From assembly GCA_017499595.2 (NCBI GenBank), contig CM039008.1:2914001-2978000 (forward strand): 64,000 nt of DNA. The letters are read 5' to 3'. The notes under the pieces were generated by a model. The model searched no databases, was not told the DNA's origin, and worked only from the letters and a program-made list of their open reading frames with translations. Every line of letters starts with the position of its first letter. Within the stretch, counting starts at the first letter, position 1. The translations under genes were made by a program, and so were the position numbers. Below are positions 52,900 through 64,000 of this stretch, piece after piece. The stretch comes from Psilocybe cubensis (taxonomy: Eukaryota).

Positions 52900-53759
52900 A
52901 TTTAAAGGAAACACACCCGTTTGCGCGTCACACTGGATGTATCGCATTGGTCGACTGGATACCGGAGGTTGACGTTGCATGCTCCATCTACAACTGGAAT
53001 TCAACTGGCAAGTAATATAATCTGGGTGACAGACGGAGAAGGAGTAAACATGTTGAGTGAAACGAGGACGGAGCCTTGGTCCGTGTAGAATCGAGACTGG
53101 TAAGGCCGTTATCAAGATGGCTCGTAGGTATGCATCAGTACATGGCTTACCCAGTATTCATTTCCAGGTGATACAGTTCTTCCAATCATATAGTTGCTGT
53201 AAGATCAATGCGTTTTAAACGATCGACTACAAAATAAATGGTGTAAAGCTCCTTACCTGCACCAATAGTCAATGACTGTTGTGAGAGCACCACGATTAAC
53301 CTAATGGACGAGTTATTTTTGTGTTGGAGATTGTTATATCAAACAGACAAAGACTCACCGGTGTGCCCTCATTATAGCAAGTAAGAGCGAGTTGTCCCAG
53401 TCTCCTCTCGAGCGAGCTACCGGCCGAACTTGTATCAAGGGACCTCAATTCAGGAACGCCTTCTGCAATGGGGCTCAAGGATATCGATGTGACCTCGCCA
53501 GTCTCTGAATATCATTGCGGTTACAATCTTAAACTTTTTCTATGGATATAATCTCACCTATGTTGGTAATTCCTCCTTCGAGCAACGTGAAGGGCAATGG
53601 TATGATACAGGTTTGAATATCTGGACTGACTTGGGTTGAGATATACGAACTATTCACCTCGTCAGTGCGCGCCATAGCTTGAACGGGTACAGCACTTCCA
53701 CATGCTGACCTAAAGAAAATCAATATCGCAAGAGCTATCAAAGAAAATATGATTTTCAT
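52900..53759 (-). CDS. Probable small secreted protein (3' exons unresolved; may be degenerate)
   Basis: Signal-peptide-like MKIIFSLIALAILIFFRSACG; later SLERR|LGQLALTCYNEGTP; several splice signals; 3' end approximate. Confidence 0.45.
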
Positions 53760-55487
53760 GGAGATGTCAATGTGGAGAATGTTGCTAGATCTGACTGATA
53801 CTGGTGGCTTGAACGATGAGAAGTAGCGACCTAGGCAATGGTGTAAATCTGCAACGGCTTATATACGTTCAACTGAGGATGTTTACCTCATGGATGTTAT
53901 CCACCATTCGGATACGGATAGTACATGTAGTCCTTCTGAAGCGCCCTTGCACATACAAAGATGCCAGGTTGTGTAGGATGCGACATCTGCATTTCTTGGT
54001 TGGTCTATTTTTAGCATGCCAAGATGGGCGTTTCGTTTCCATTTGGACGTGCTACATGGCGAGTGCTTTTGTAGCAGACAACAGAATATATACTCAAGTT
54101 ACTGTTCATGAGTAACTGTTTATTAATATGATTTACGCTGTATCTCAATCATTCAATTCGTAAAATACGAGCAACCACCTATTTGAAGAGCATCGTTTTC
54201 AGGGATAGGGGCATTGCTCGGACATTGTTCTGCACGCACCGAGGCGCCCGTCATACCTTTGTTAACGTTATGAATAAATTAGACCTGGACCCACTGATAC
54301 GGAGACACCGACGGTAAGCCAAACATGCACTGGCGAAGATAACCCACGTACATAATGCCAAGGTACAGAGAGCCCCAGATCAATTCTTGGAGGGGTGACC
54401 TGAAACCCCGCAACAATTTCCAAACTCTTTGTTGACAAAAAGCATGATTTGTGCTTGCTTTGCCGCTCTGTGTTCTAATTGCTTTATAACAACCGTCAGT
54501 CTTCACCCAGGCTTTTGATCATCTATTCATATGACCCAATTATCCACACGAGTTAGTACTCTGGTCGTTTATTGACTTGCTCTTTCAGTCAGGAGCCTTT
54601 ATTATGACTGATAAACATATCATTCCTGAATTCGTCATGACCGCGATGCGCGAACGTCATAATAGTTACCTACCACTCAGTTGCCGCACCCGGCATATTA
54701 CCTAACGGTTTTTTCGGTAAACTCCGGCGAAGGCCCTTGCCACCTTCGATCCCCTCAGATCACAAATCCACCCAGAGACGAGGAATACATGTATCAGGAT
54801 TTACGCCTTACACCCATGAAGCAAGAGAAATAATAGAACTGGAGCCTTGAATACTTTAGAACCAATTCTTAGTTATTGTTAGACTGTTCATCCATGGGCT
54901 GACCGCCCACCACTGCCGCAAACGGCCCGCTAAATAAGTCAGAATGAAGGACGTTGCCGTTTCGGCCAATACGGCACGGAGGAACAGAGGTGTGACATTA
55001 TGGAAGCTTATGGAAGACGATTCTTCCCAGGTTTTATAATGACCAGATTGCATGGATTTTTTAACAGTTAATTATACAAGAATAGTCTTTGCGAGAAATA
55101 CAGCGTGGCGCGCCTTCCCTTCCATAAATTTCATAGATTCGCGGATCAACCGCAGCCTGTGACCGTCAGCTCCTGCGGCTTGGCGAGACTCCCAGTCGCA
55201 GTCCTCAAAGCAAGCCTCAAAAGTGAGTATTGCGCAATGCCAATAGCTGGAGCTACCTATTATAAAATTAAGTGTTACCGCATGAGAGTTCTTTGCGATG
55301 CGCAAGTCAACTTCTATCTAAGCTATTATTGAATCACATCAAACTCTACTCAAGTAAGTACGTAGGCATGAAGTAATTATCAAACGGCGGTGATTGGCTC
55401 AGGAAGCTACATATATCCAAGGCAAGGACCTCCCGCCTTCAATTCAATTATCCCCCATCTTGGTTGTCGCTTCCGCGCCGAACCGCT

Positions 55488-57744
55488 ATGAAGGATACAT
55501 ACACATTTGCAACCCTTTTTCTGGCGGCGGTCGCATGGCTGACCTTCAAGATCGCGCGTATCGGACGGCGGGACGGAAGACTGCCACCTGGACCACCAAC
55601 CGTTCCCGTGTTAGGCAATATTCACGAGCTTCCACGGAAATTCGCATTTCTGAGGTGAATTGGTTTATCATTCTCGCCTTGGAGTGCATTCGCCGATGAG
55701 TATGCATAAGGTTCTCTGAGTGGGGAAGGAAGTATGGGGGTATAATATCCGTGAGTATGTTCAAATGTGTGGCGAACAATTGAAATTATCAACTTCTAAT
55801 TGCAGATTAAGCTGGCAAACGCAACGGCTATTGTTGTGTCCGACCTGAAAGTGGTGAAGGAGCTCCTTGACGATCGCAGCAGTGAGACGTCATCAAGGCC
55901 ATATTCCTATGCATTGGAGGCTCTTTCCAAAGGAAATTTCTTCGTGCTGGCGTCCTCAGGCAAGTTCTAGCCTGGAATTATGTGGTGATAGCTATAGAAA
56001 AATGAGGCGAAATGACGCATAACAGAAAGTCTTGTATGGCGCGCGAGCCGCAAATCAATCCAGCCGTTTTTAGCTGTGCAAGCAAGCGACCTACATGTGC
56101 CGATTGTGGAACGCGAATCGTCGGCTCTATTGCATGGCATTCTGCACAATCCTGGCGTTAGTCCTTCGATCACTTAAGCAAGTAGGCAATCTGAGATTAC
56201 TTCTACAGGCTATATCGTCCCATATCTTGCGTTATACCTTTTCATCCATCGCCTACTTTGCCTTTGGAAAGCGAGTGTTACGACACGACTCTCCAGAACT
56301 TCAGAGCTACCAGACTTATATTCGAAACTTTTGCAAGGCAGTGTCCCCAGAGGCTGCGCCGGTGGATCTTATCCCGATACTCAGATATGTTCCTGACTTT
56401 TTGGCTCCGTGGATGAAACTTTGGCGGGAGACGCGATCGCAGCAACTGTCGCTGTACAACTCTTTTCTTGAGCATGCGGAGCGGGTTAAAGAAGGTGAAG
56501 GCAGAAACCGAAGCATTATTCAAGCAACCCTTGAACAGCGTCACGAGCTTGGTTTAAGTCGAGAGACGGTCGCGTAAGTGATGGAACTATTATATCTTCA
56601 AGTATCTTATGCGCTTTCTACCAGATACACTGGAGGTGTACTCTTAGATGCCGGAACGGAAACGTTAGCGACGACAATGTTGTCGCTGATCCTTTGCCTC
56701 ATGAAGAGCCCTGCGGTGTTGAAGAAGGCACAGAACGAGATCGATGAGCTCATTGGAAGTAAGAGGCTTCCAGTTGCCAATGACATCGAAGAGCTACCGT
56801 ATATCCAAGCTATAATCAAAGAGGTTATTCCCACTTCTTAAGAACGTTTGAGCATAGGATTGACGCAATTGTTAATTAGGTTTTGCGTTTCAGGCCTTCC
56901 ATACCCACTGGTATTCCGCATGCCCCTCTTAATGATTGTCATGTATGTCCCCAGCCCACCCAGACTGCGTATGGTATCCGTTTACATTTTATCTTGCATT
57001 TTAGTACGGTGGCTACACTATTCCCAAAGGTTCTGCTATCTTCATTAATACATGTAATTTTGTTTACCTGAGCTTTCAATCATTTGACCTCACTGATTTA
57101 ATTTTGCCAGGGGCAATATTCCACGATCCAGGTACGTCATATTTAATGCTTCAACGTTGTATCATAGGTTGTGATTATTAATGCATGTGATATGGTAGAC
57201 TTGTTTGAGCGTCCAGACGACTTCTGGCCGGAACGGTACCTCCTGACACCCGACGGTACAAAACCTGGCTTGAACAAAGATTACAACATCCGGTCGAGTT
57301 TATCATTTGGCAGTGGAAAGGTACACACTGGATGGCAATGTACATGTCTGGATCTATCTGATCATTTATATCTTTACATATACAGAGATTATGTCCCGGG
57401 ATGAACTTTGCGAGAACTAGCCTGGTATCCTCCATCTACTACCATTGCGGGGATTTTGTCTTGACTAACCAATCTTTACAGAATGTCGCAGTTATGCGTC
57501 TCATCTGGGCGTTCGATTTTGAGCCCGGAGATAATTCGAGTAGAATGGACCAGTCGTGGTCTCTGGAGGAACATTACTTTGAGGTCAGACCCTCACTACG
57601 ATTAAAGTTTATCTGTTTCTTATCGATGTCAAGGGTATCACATTGACGCCTAAGGAGTTCTCTTGCAGGATGACTCTACGAAGCGCAGATAGGGCAAAGG
57701 CTATTGAGGATAGCTATATCTTATACGAGAATTCGAACGCTTAG
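55488..57744 (+). CDS. Cytochrome P450 (multi-exon)
   Basis: [45 protein letters not shown]; stop at 57744. Confidence 0.94.
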
Positions 57745-58182
57745 CTAGACCCTCTGAACTTATATCCCTTTTTTGTAATCCCACGTCGACGTGACTTGGA
57801 GTGTTGTAGGTAGTTTGGTCGTTGCGGCAGCTGATTATACCATATGGTAGGTTTAACTTCCTCAAAAAAATCCTCTTTATTTCTTAATAGCAAATCAAAG
57901 CAATAATTCAAGCACTGAGATTGTGTGTTGATTGATTCTTGATGACACACCAATGGATGATCAGCGTACTAAGTATATCAATGTCAATGTGATCTGCAGG
58001 AGCCCCGCCGTACCATTCCGACTCCCAAATATATCTTAGGAGACCCAGTCAAGTGTTCTACAATTAAGACAGCACGGATTGGACTTGTTTTAGTGGGCCA
58101 CCGCGGAGCGTGGCATGACGAGTCTTTACAATTCAGCGTCACGCTTTGTAATAATATAATATATATATAATATAATATAAAT

Positions 58183-59157
58183 ATGTCCAACTTTGACGTG
58201 GATATCGGTGCAATGGACGAAGTGATATTCAGACTCCAAGGCATAGTTAGCGACAAGATGCTACCACCAATGGCAAAGCCTGCCTCGTACGTCCACTCCA
58301 TTGAGGTGAATTAATTACAAATGAGGACTGTTACAGCCGCGACAGAACGGTCAAGCAACAACCATATTTACGTACCACCATTGCTATCACGGGACTCGGA
58401 GACATTGTGTTCAATAAGGTGATGGAAAAGCTAGAAGAAGTTTTCCTCCGTTTTGCAAACAATTTTCCCGCGGACAGTGTCAGCGGCTATGACCCAGTTC
58501 TTTACAAAGACACGGGTTTCAATGTTTTCCATGCGCATAGCCAATATTTCACGAAGGTATCCGCATATCAAAACAAATCTGACAACATAGGTTTTCATCC
58601 CCTGGTCGACCCTGATAACGTGTTGGCGTCCATGGTAGGGGACAGTTTCATCCACGCAATCGATAACAAGGTACAGTTTCTTCGTCGGGAGATACTTCCT
58701 GACGGAACAGCCAGGTATGTTTAGAAAATACCAACAACACATCACAACCAAACTAATATCATATTGCAACAGATATTATTCTTATAATCCTGCCTCCATA
58801 CGAATTGGAGACATTGTCGAGATCAGTGTTGCCTTTGTCGCATTTCCTGCCCAAGGAAACAAGTACAAATTTGTTGTCGCTCTTTGCGGAATACTTGTCT
58901 TGGACCAGGAGGCAAGAGAGGTAAGCAATTTTACATTGAACAGTCTCATAGCCATTCATAACTTCCAACAGAAAGCTGATATTCTCAGAATGTGGTCGCG
59001 CTATACTCCAGCGAAAAGACAGGTTGCTGTTTTGTGTAGGACAAAGAGGCAGCTGTACAAAGGTCAGATTGACATTGAAGACACGCAATAGAGGATGGCA
59101 CGTATGCGCTTAAATGAGGACACAGTCCACAATAGCAATACTATGTCCCAAGATTAA
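58183..59157 (+). pseudogene. Cargo gene of unknown function (4 exons; premature TAG at 59089-59091)
   Basis: EVIFRLQGIVSDKMLPP | ITGLG..VDPDNVL..HAIDNKVQF | PASIRIGDIVEISVAF; the frame continues past the TAG to TAA at 59157. Confidence 0.65.
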
Positions 59158-59301
59158 TACATATGTACATAGAAAGACAAGGATATCATAAATGTGCTGA
59201 ACAAACAATCAATCCATTTGCGTGAACATTGTAAATAGCAAGGAATAATTTGTCAAGTCATTTTCATGACAGAAATTATCTGAAGGTGTTAGTTGGCACC
59301 C

Positions 59302-59483
59302 CATGGGAGAATCCTGCGTACACTGTACACAGAATATTCCCACACTCGGCTGAATATCGGCGAGGAAGTCCGTGGGAGAATTCTGCGTACACTGTATGCA
59401 GAATATTCCCACACTTGGCTGAATATCGGGAGAGGTTGACCGTGGGAATATTCTGCGTACACTGTACGCAGAATATTCCCACG
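59302..59483. repeat. Three ~70-bp tandem units, each with a ~43-bp palindrome
   Basis: 59441-59483 is perfect: CGTGGGAATATTCTGCGTACA-C-TGTACGCAGAATATTCCCACG. Confidence 0.92.
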
Positions 59484-59579
59484 CTCATCCGCAAGTCAAA
59501 CTTACAAATTAAGACAAAAAGAATGAGGACGAGAACACAAGTTTATTTCGAACAAAAATTTGACTAAGGATGGAAGAAA

Positions 59580-62535
59580 TTACAAATATCCATTCCACAA
59601 GAGGCTTTGTGGTTGAGGGCGATGCAACCAAAAAATATCTGCCTTTCTGGATAGCAAATACAAAACAGTTGCATGTACACGGTCATCTTTTTGCCTACAT
59701 TACAGGAATTAAATTGACAAATACTAAAACTAAAGAGCACACACCTTATACCCCTTTCCCAGGATTTGATAGCTTTTTTGACACGCTTGTGTAATTGGTA
59801 AACATCTGCCGCTGTGTAGTGAAAATCTAATGCGATACCGCTGATGCGACGGACACCAAAATGCAAACAATCAAATTCATTGAGCAACAATGCCCACGAA
59901 TTGGCTTCAACAAAGGAAGTCTGATTTGCTTTGGGTAAAAGAGGCAAAGAATAAACCCAACAATGCCTGTCGCCAACCCGTCTAATCCCAGGAGAGAACA
60001 ACTCTGGATAAGGATCGTAATCCAGCACAACGAGAACATGACCACGAGATGAACTATACCCAACATTTACATTGTCCCTAATAGACTGTATCCTGCTTTG
60101 GATATGGTGGTCCATTTTCAAAGTTTGCGATGGAATGGAAAGAACAAATTTCAAGCCACGGGAATGATATTTTGCAAGAAATTTTTGCACACGCTTGAGG
60201 TCGGCAGAAGGTTGCAACAGAGAGACTTGATGTCTAAAGGTAGCATTTGGATACAAGCTGTACACCTTCTCAAAGGTAACAAAATTCATGATGCCGGCTG
60301 CAGTAGAACAAAATTGAAGTTAACATTGTTTTGACACATGACATTGGGGATATACTGCTATGATACCCCAAAATGCACTCTACCACCAATTGACAAGTCG
60401 TAATCAGTTGGACAAAAGAACCTTGGCACCATAGGTTAACGACCACTCCAGTGGTATTGTAATGTCGATAAAGAGGATGTTTCTGAAGGACAATTTTTTC
60501 CATTTTCAAAATTTTTTCCGCTGTGGTGTTGTCCGGATATTTGGGATGCGGCATGATAGTAAATCCAATGGACATCATCCAGGAAAGAACGGGAAGAGCA
60601 TATCTGTGCTCAACATACATGTCCATGTCACCCGGAATCCATATATTAGCACGATTGATTACGAAACTTTATGTAAGTAAAGCGAGTTCTTTTATCCCCA
60701 CAACCCACTGTACAAAAATATGTCCTTGCCAATTGTCCCCATCAGTAAATCATTGATGCCATCAAAATTGCGTGATTAATACCGGTTTTTTATTTAACCG
60801 GTATGCTTGACTTAATAATCGGTTACTATCATAGAATTTCTGTTAGTTTTTGTTCCTACCAAGGGGATATGGAAATTAAAATACTAGATATTAGCTAGGT
60901 AGATAGGTTAGCTGCCATATGGTAGAAAACAAAATTAGATACCATTACATTATGACTTTTTAATTGCAAGTTAAACATTTTGACGCAGATAATCATTGCT
61001 CATAACCAAAAATTTTATAATAATGACCTCATTCAATTGATTTAAGGCCATTAATTAGTCACAATCAATTACATACCAACTGTTTTGCATGCTTTATACA
61101 CCTCTAACGGCAAGTAGAGGTAAATAGAATGCTTTATTGTTATCAAAAAAAATTTAGCATGAATAACTAGCAGACTGTGGTGGCATAGAATAAAGAATAA
61201 TAAACATTATGTATCTAGCTATTATCTTTAATGCCACTTCAAATAACTTGTCATATTAAACTTGTTGTGCTGTTCATACTGGCCATGAATTAATAAGCAG
61301 ACTGTGGGAATAATTTGCATATAGTGTATGCAAGTTATTCTCACGGTTGCTGCACTTTGCATTGAGCAACTTGAACTTCTCTGGTAATTCCTGATATATT
61401 ACTGAGATGCATTGCATATACTTTAGGTAAAATACAAGTATTTTTGGCAATAATAATTATTTTCAGTCCTAGTTTAGATGATCTTATTATATTTTACTTG
61501 CTGTGGTGTTTGTACTGGTCGTGAATTAATAAGCAGGTCGTGGGAATATCCTGCGCACACTGTACGCAGGATATTCCCACGGTCACTACACTCAATTTGC
61601 ATTGAGCACTGGCCACTTTGGTCAAGAAATGGTCATTTTGAATAATGTTTTCCATGCATTGAATGTATTTTGGGGAAGAAATAATGCACTAACACTTGCA
61701 AATTATGCTTGAAATATGTTTCCACACAGCCAATTGTGTTCACAGCAACATCAAACTATGCCAAAAAGAAATATGCGCACCAAACAAATGTTTTTGCACA
61801 CAATATTGTTTCACTCTTGATGCACTTTTCAAAAATAAGAAAATTATATTTATGGGAAATATGTCCCCACTTGGGCAGCCATACACATGAGCATTCTTCC
61901 ATCAGTTTTCCATACGGGATTCTCCCAGCAGATCTGGAATTCTTCAATATTTAGCAGGTATGAAAATTATAATAGACAAGTTCTTCCTTACAATTAGGCC
62001 TTATAACCTGTGCAGCTATTTTTTGTGTCTGACACAACTAAGCTTGTAGTAGACCTAAGTCATAGTAATTAATCATAACCTTGCCCAGTATCTGGCTGTG
62101 CATTCAGAACATATTAATATATATTAACTATGTTATATAAATCTAGATTAAAAAATATTTTATACAATTGTGAGATGTAAAGTCTTGTCATGCCACGCTT
62201 TGCGTTGGACCACTAAAACAAATAAAATGCAAAACGGTGGAACCTGAAATAACCAGGCCAGTCTTGAACTGGAGAAGACAAAACAGCAAATGTTCATTGG
62301 ATTTGAAGATAGGAGCAAATAAATTTTTGGGACGGAAGGTGCGGCGCATATAGCCCAAAACGCGGTCGTTTAGCTCCTTGCAAGTCCAAGAGAAACGGTA
62401 GAGGGTTTTCAGATCCATCTGATCCATGTACACATCGTCCATGGGAGGCGGAAAGACTCTAAAAAATAAGTAATAACCAAATGAGATAAAACAGTGAACA
62501 TACTGTTGGAAACGGGGGGATAACGCGGAAGCCAT
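59580..62535 (-). pseudogene. F-box-like plus Pol-beta nucleotidyltransferase-like cargo gene, split by the nested element
   Basis: Joining 62223 to 60658 gives GLVISGSTVLHFINRANIWIPGDMDMYV in frame; then YHST|GIMNF, KYHSRG, RRVGDRHCW; N-terminal LKTLYRFSWTCKEL. Confidence 0.75.
60659..62222 (+). mobile_element. 1564-bp non-coding member of the same Helitron-like family, nested in inverted orientation
   Basis: First ~110 bp match the reverse complement of ~63098-63206; last ~47 bp match the reverse complement of 58084-58130; A^T target; removal restores the host ORF. Confidence 0.85.
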
Positions 62536-63318
62536 GGGTAAAACAGTGCGGAGAAAAGTGCATTGTCTATACTACGTCAATAAATATATTAACCGTAAGC
62601 CAATAGACGCCCGACGTAGGGGAAGAACAAATTGGTATGCGTGAGAAACGATCATGAATCAGAAAATCAAATTCAAATAGTACCAAACGCCCAGAACCCA
62701 AGAACGCGTAATTATTTCTATTTGAACTCTGATTGATGAAGCTACCAATATCAAGGAACGTGTGTGCCTGCACAGTTCTATTTCCAACCTTTCAGACCCA
62801 TAGTTCAAAGAGTGCATTTGTTCCATCTTTAAGTATTAGTACAATATATAAGCACGTTGGCTAGACGGTTCCACATGGTTTTAAAAATTAAACAACAACG
62901 CAAAAAAGTGAATTGAGTAGGACTATTGTTGTTGGGTATAATTAATTTTATGGAAACGCACATTCACATTGCGATCAAAACAAATCAAAAACAACCTTTA
63001 AAGTAACCAATGGTAAAAAGAAGTTGTAGAATGAATTGGAAAGGGGTTGCTTAGGGGGTCCGGTGACCGCTTAAGGAAAATACCGATAGCGGTAACGACA
63101 TTGATCGCATCAATAATATTTTGATGGGGACAATTGGCGAGGACATTTTTGCTTGCTGGGTTGTGGGGATAAAAGAACTCATCTTTACTTACGTAAAGAC
63201 TCGTAATTCCCCAGATGGAGGCGTTATTTAAATTTCATAAATACGCGCTCCATTGACATTCCATATCTCGTCGTTCTTCCAGTTTCTCACTTACCTGCAA
63301 GGCCGCACCTGTACTGCG

Positions 63319-64000
63319 ATGGGCGAATCACGGATAGTGACCCTTGTACTATGTACAGGCCTCGCATGGCTGGGCTTCAAACTTCTGCGTATTGGCCGAC
63401 GGGACAAGACGTTACCGCCCGGCCCGCGTACTATCCCTGTACTTGGAAACGCGCACTTGATTCCGTCAAAGTTTTCGTTCTTGAGGTGCATTCCCGCTGT
63501 CGTGTATCATACCGTTGTGGATCCTCTCAACTGAATTGTACCATAAGGTTCGCGGAGTGGGGCAGGAAGTACGGTGGCATATACTCAGTGAGTGTCTGAA
63601 CCTGCCGACCGACCGACGGACCCCTGACGTTATTTTGAATGTACGTGGGGATTACAGATCAAAGTGGCGAACGCCACAGTCATCGTGTTGTCCGACATGA
63701 GAGTGGTCAAAGAGCTTCTGGATGACCGCAGCAGCGAGATGTCGTCCCGGCCGTACATATACGTGGCAGATATCCTCTCGAATGGGTATTTCTTTACGTT
63801 CTCACCGTCAGGCAAGTGCTAGGGGAGATTTATTTTTAATTTTATACAAGGTGTGCCAAACTGACCCTTCTGAATTAAATATTGTAGAGAACCCTGTGTG
63901 GAGAGCGAGTCGGAGGTCGATTCAGCCGTTTTTTACTGTGCAAGCTGCGCCGCTGCATATACCGATTTTGGAACGAGAGGCGGACACGCTTCTGCGGGAC
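63319..64000 (+). CDS. Cytochrome P450 (5' part; runs off the window)
   Basis: MGESRIVTLVLCTGLAWLGFKLLRIGRRDKTLPPGPRTIPVLGNAHL | FAEWGRKYGGIYS | IKVANATVIVLSD. Confidence 0.93.

Larger units (their letters stand above)
58084..63206 (-). mobile_element. Non-autonomous Helitron-like element with two cargo genes
   Basis: Minus-strand 5' end TTACGAGTCTTTAC with a small hairpin; 3' end GTAAAGACTCGT, then a GC hairpin, then CCACTAAAACAAG; A^T flanks, no TSD; both ends mirrored by the nested copy; no Rep/helicase. Confidence 0.8.

Noticed and set aside
59302-59483. CRISPR-like array of palindromic repeats
   Set aside because: The spacers are homologous to each other, so these are whole tandem units; the context is eukaryotic and there are no cas genes
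60659-63206. Single TIR transposon bounded by ~110-bp inverted repeats
   Set aside because: The repeats are the 5' ends of two oppositely oriented nested elements; the matching 3' ends are at 62222 and 58084, and there is no TSD
58084-63206. Autonomous Helitron
   Set aside because: No HUH Rep or PIF1 helicase motifs; only ~3.6 kb without the insert
38214-64000. Named secondary-metabolite gene cluster or specific CYP symbols
   Set aside because: No backbone enzyme in the window; family assignment needs a database comparison

Overview
Intron-rich fungal DNA, Agaricomycete-like from its gene families and short GT-AG introns. Host part: six paralogous cytochrome P450 genes (one at the left edge, five from 38 kb to the right edge), a birth-and-death array of three-finger C2H2 genes (2 intact, 4 decayed), two tandem 7-TM-like membrane protein genes, a small conserved fungal protein and a probable small secreted protein. 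Mobile part, with ends resolved to the base: (1) a 666-bp CACTG foldback element (3900-4565, TSD GAG). (2) A young Ty1/copia element (10822-31025, 181-bp LTRs with one mismatch, TSD ACCTC). (3) Inside the copia pol, a 15.6-kb KDZ (Kyakuja-Dileera-Zisupton) transposon with identical 317-bp TIRs and six genes: a TET/JBP dioxygenase, a CxC2-KDZ transposase, an HMG-like protein, a Zn2Cys6-like protein, a 12-aa repeat protein and an unknown protein. (4) A non-autonomous Helitron-like element (58084-63206) with unusual TT...CAAG ends, asymmetric inverted repeats and an A^T target. It carries an F-box-like/Pol-beta nucleotidyltransferase-like gene, a second cargo gene and covarying 43-bp palindromes, and a 1564-bp member of its own family has inserted into it in the opposite orientation. 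All calls were made by eye; no database search was run.
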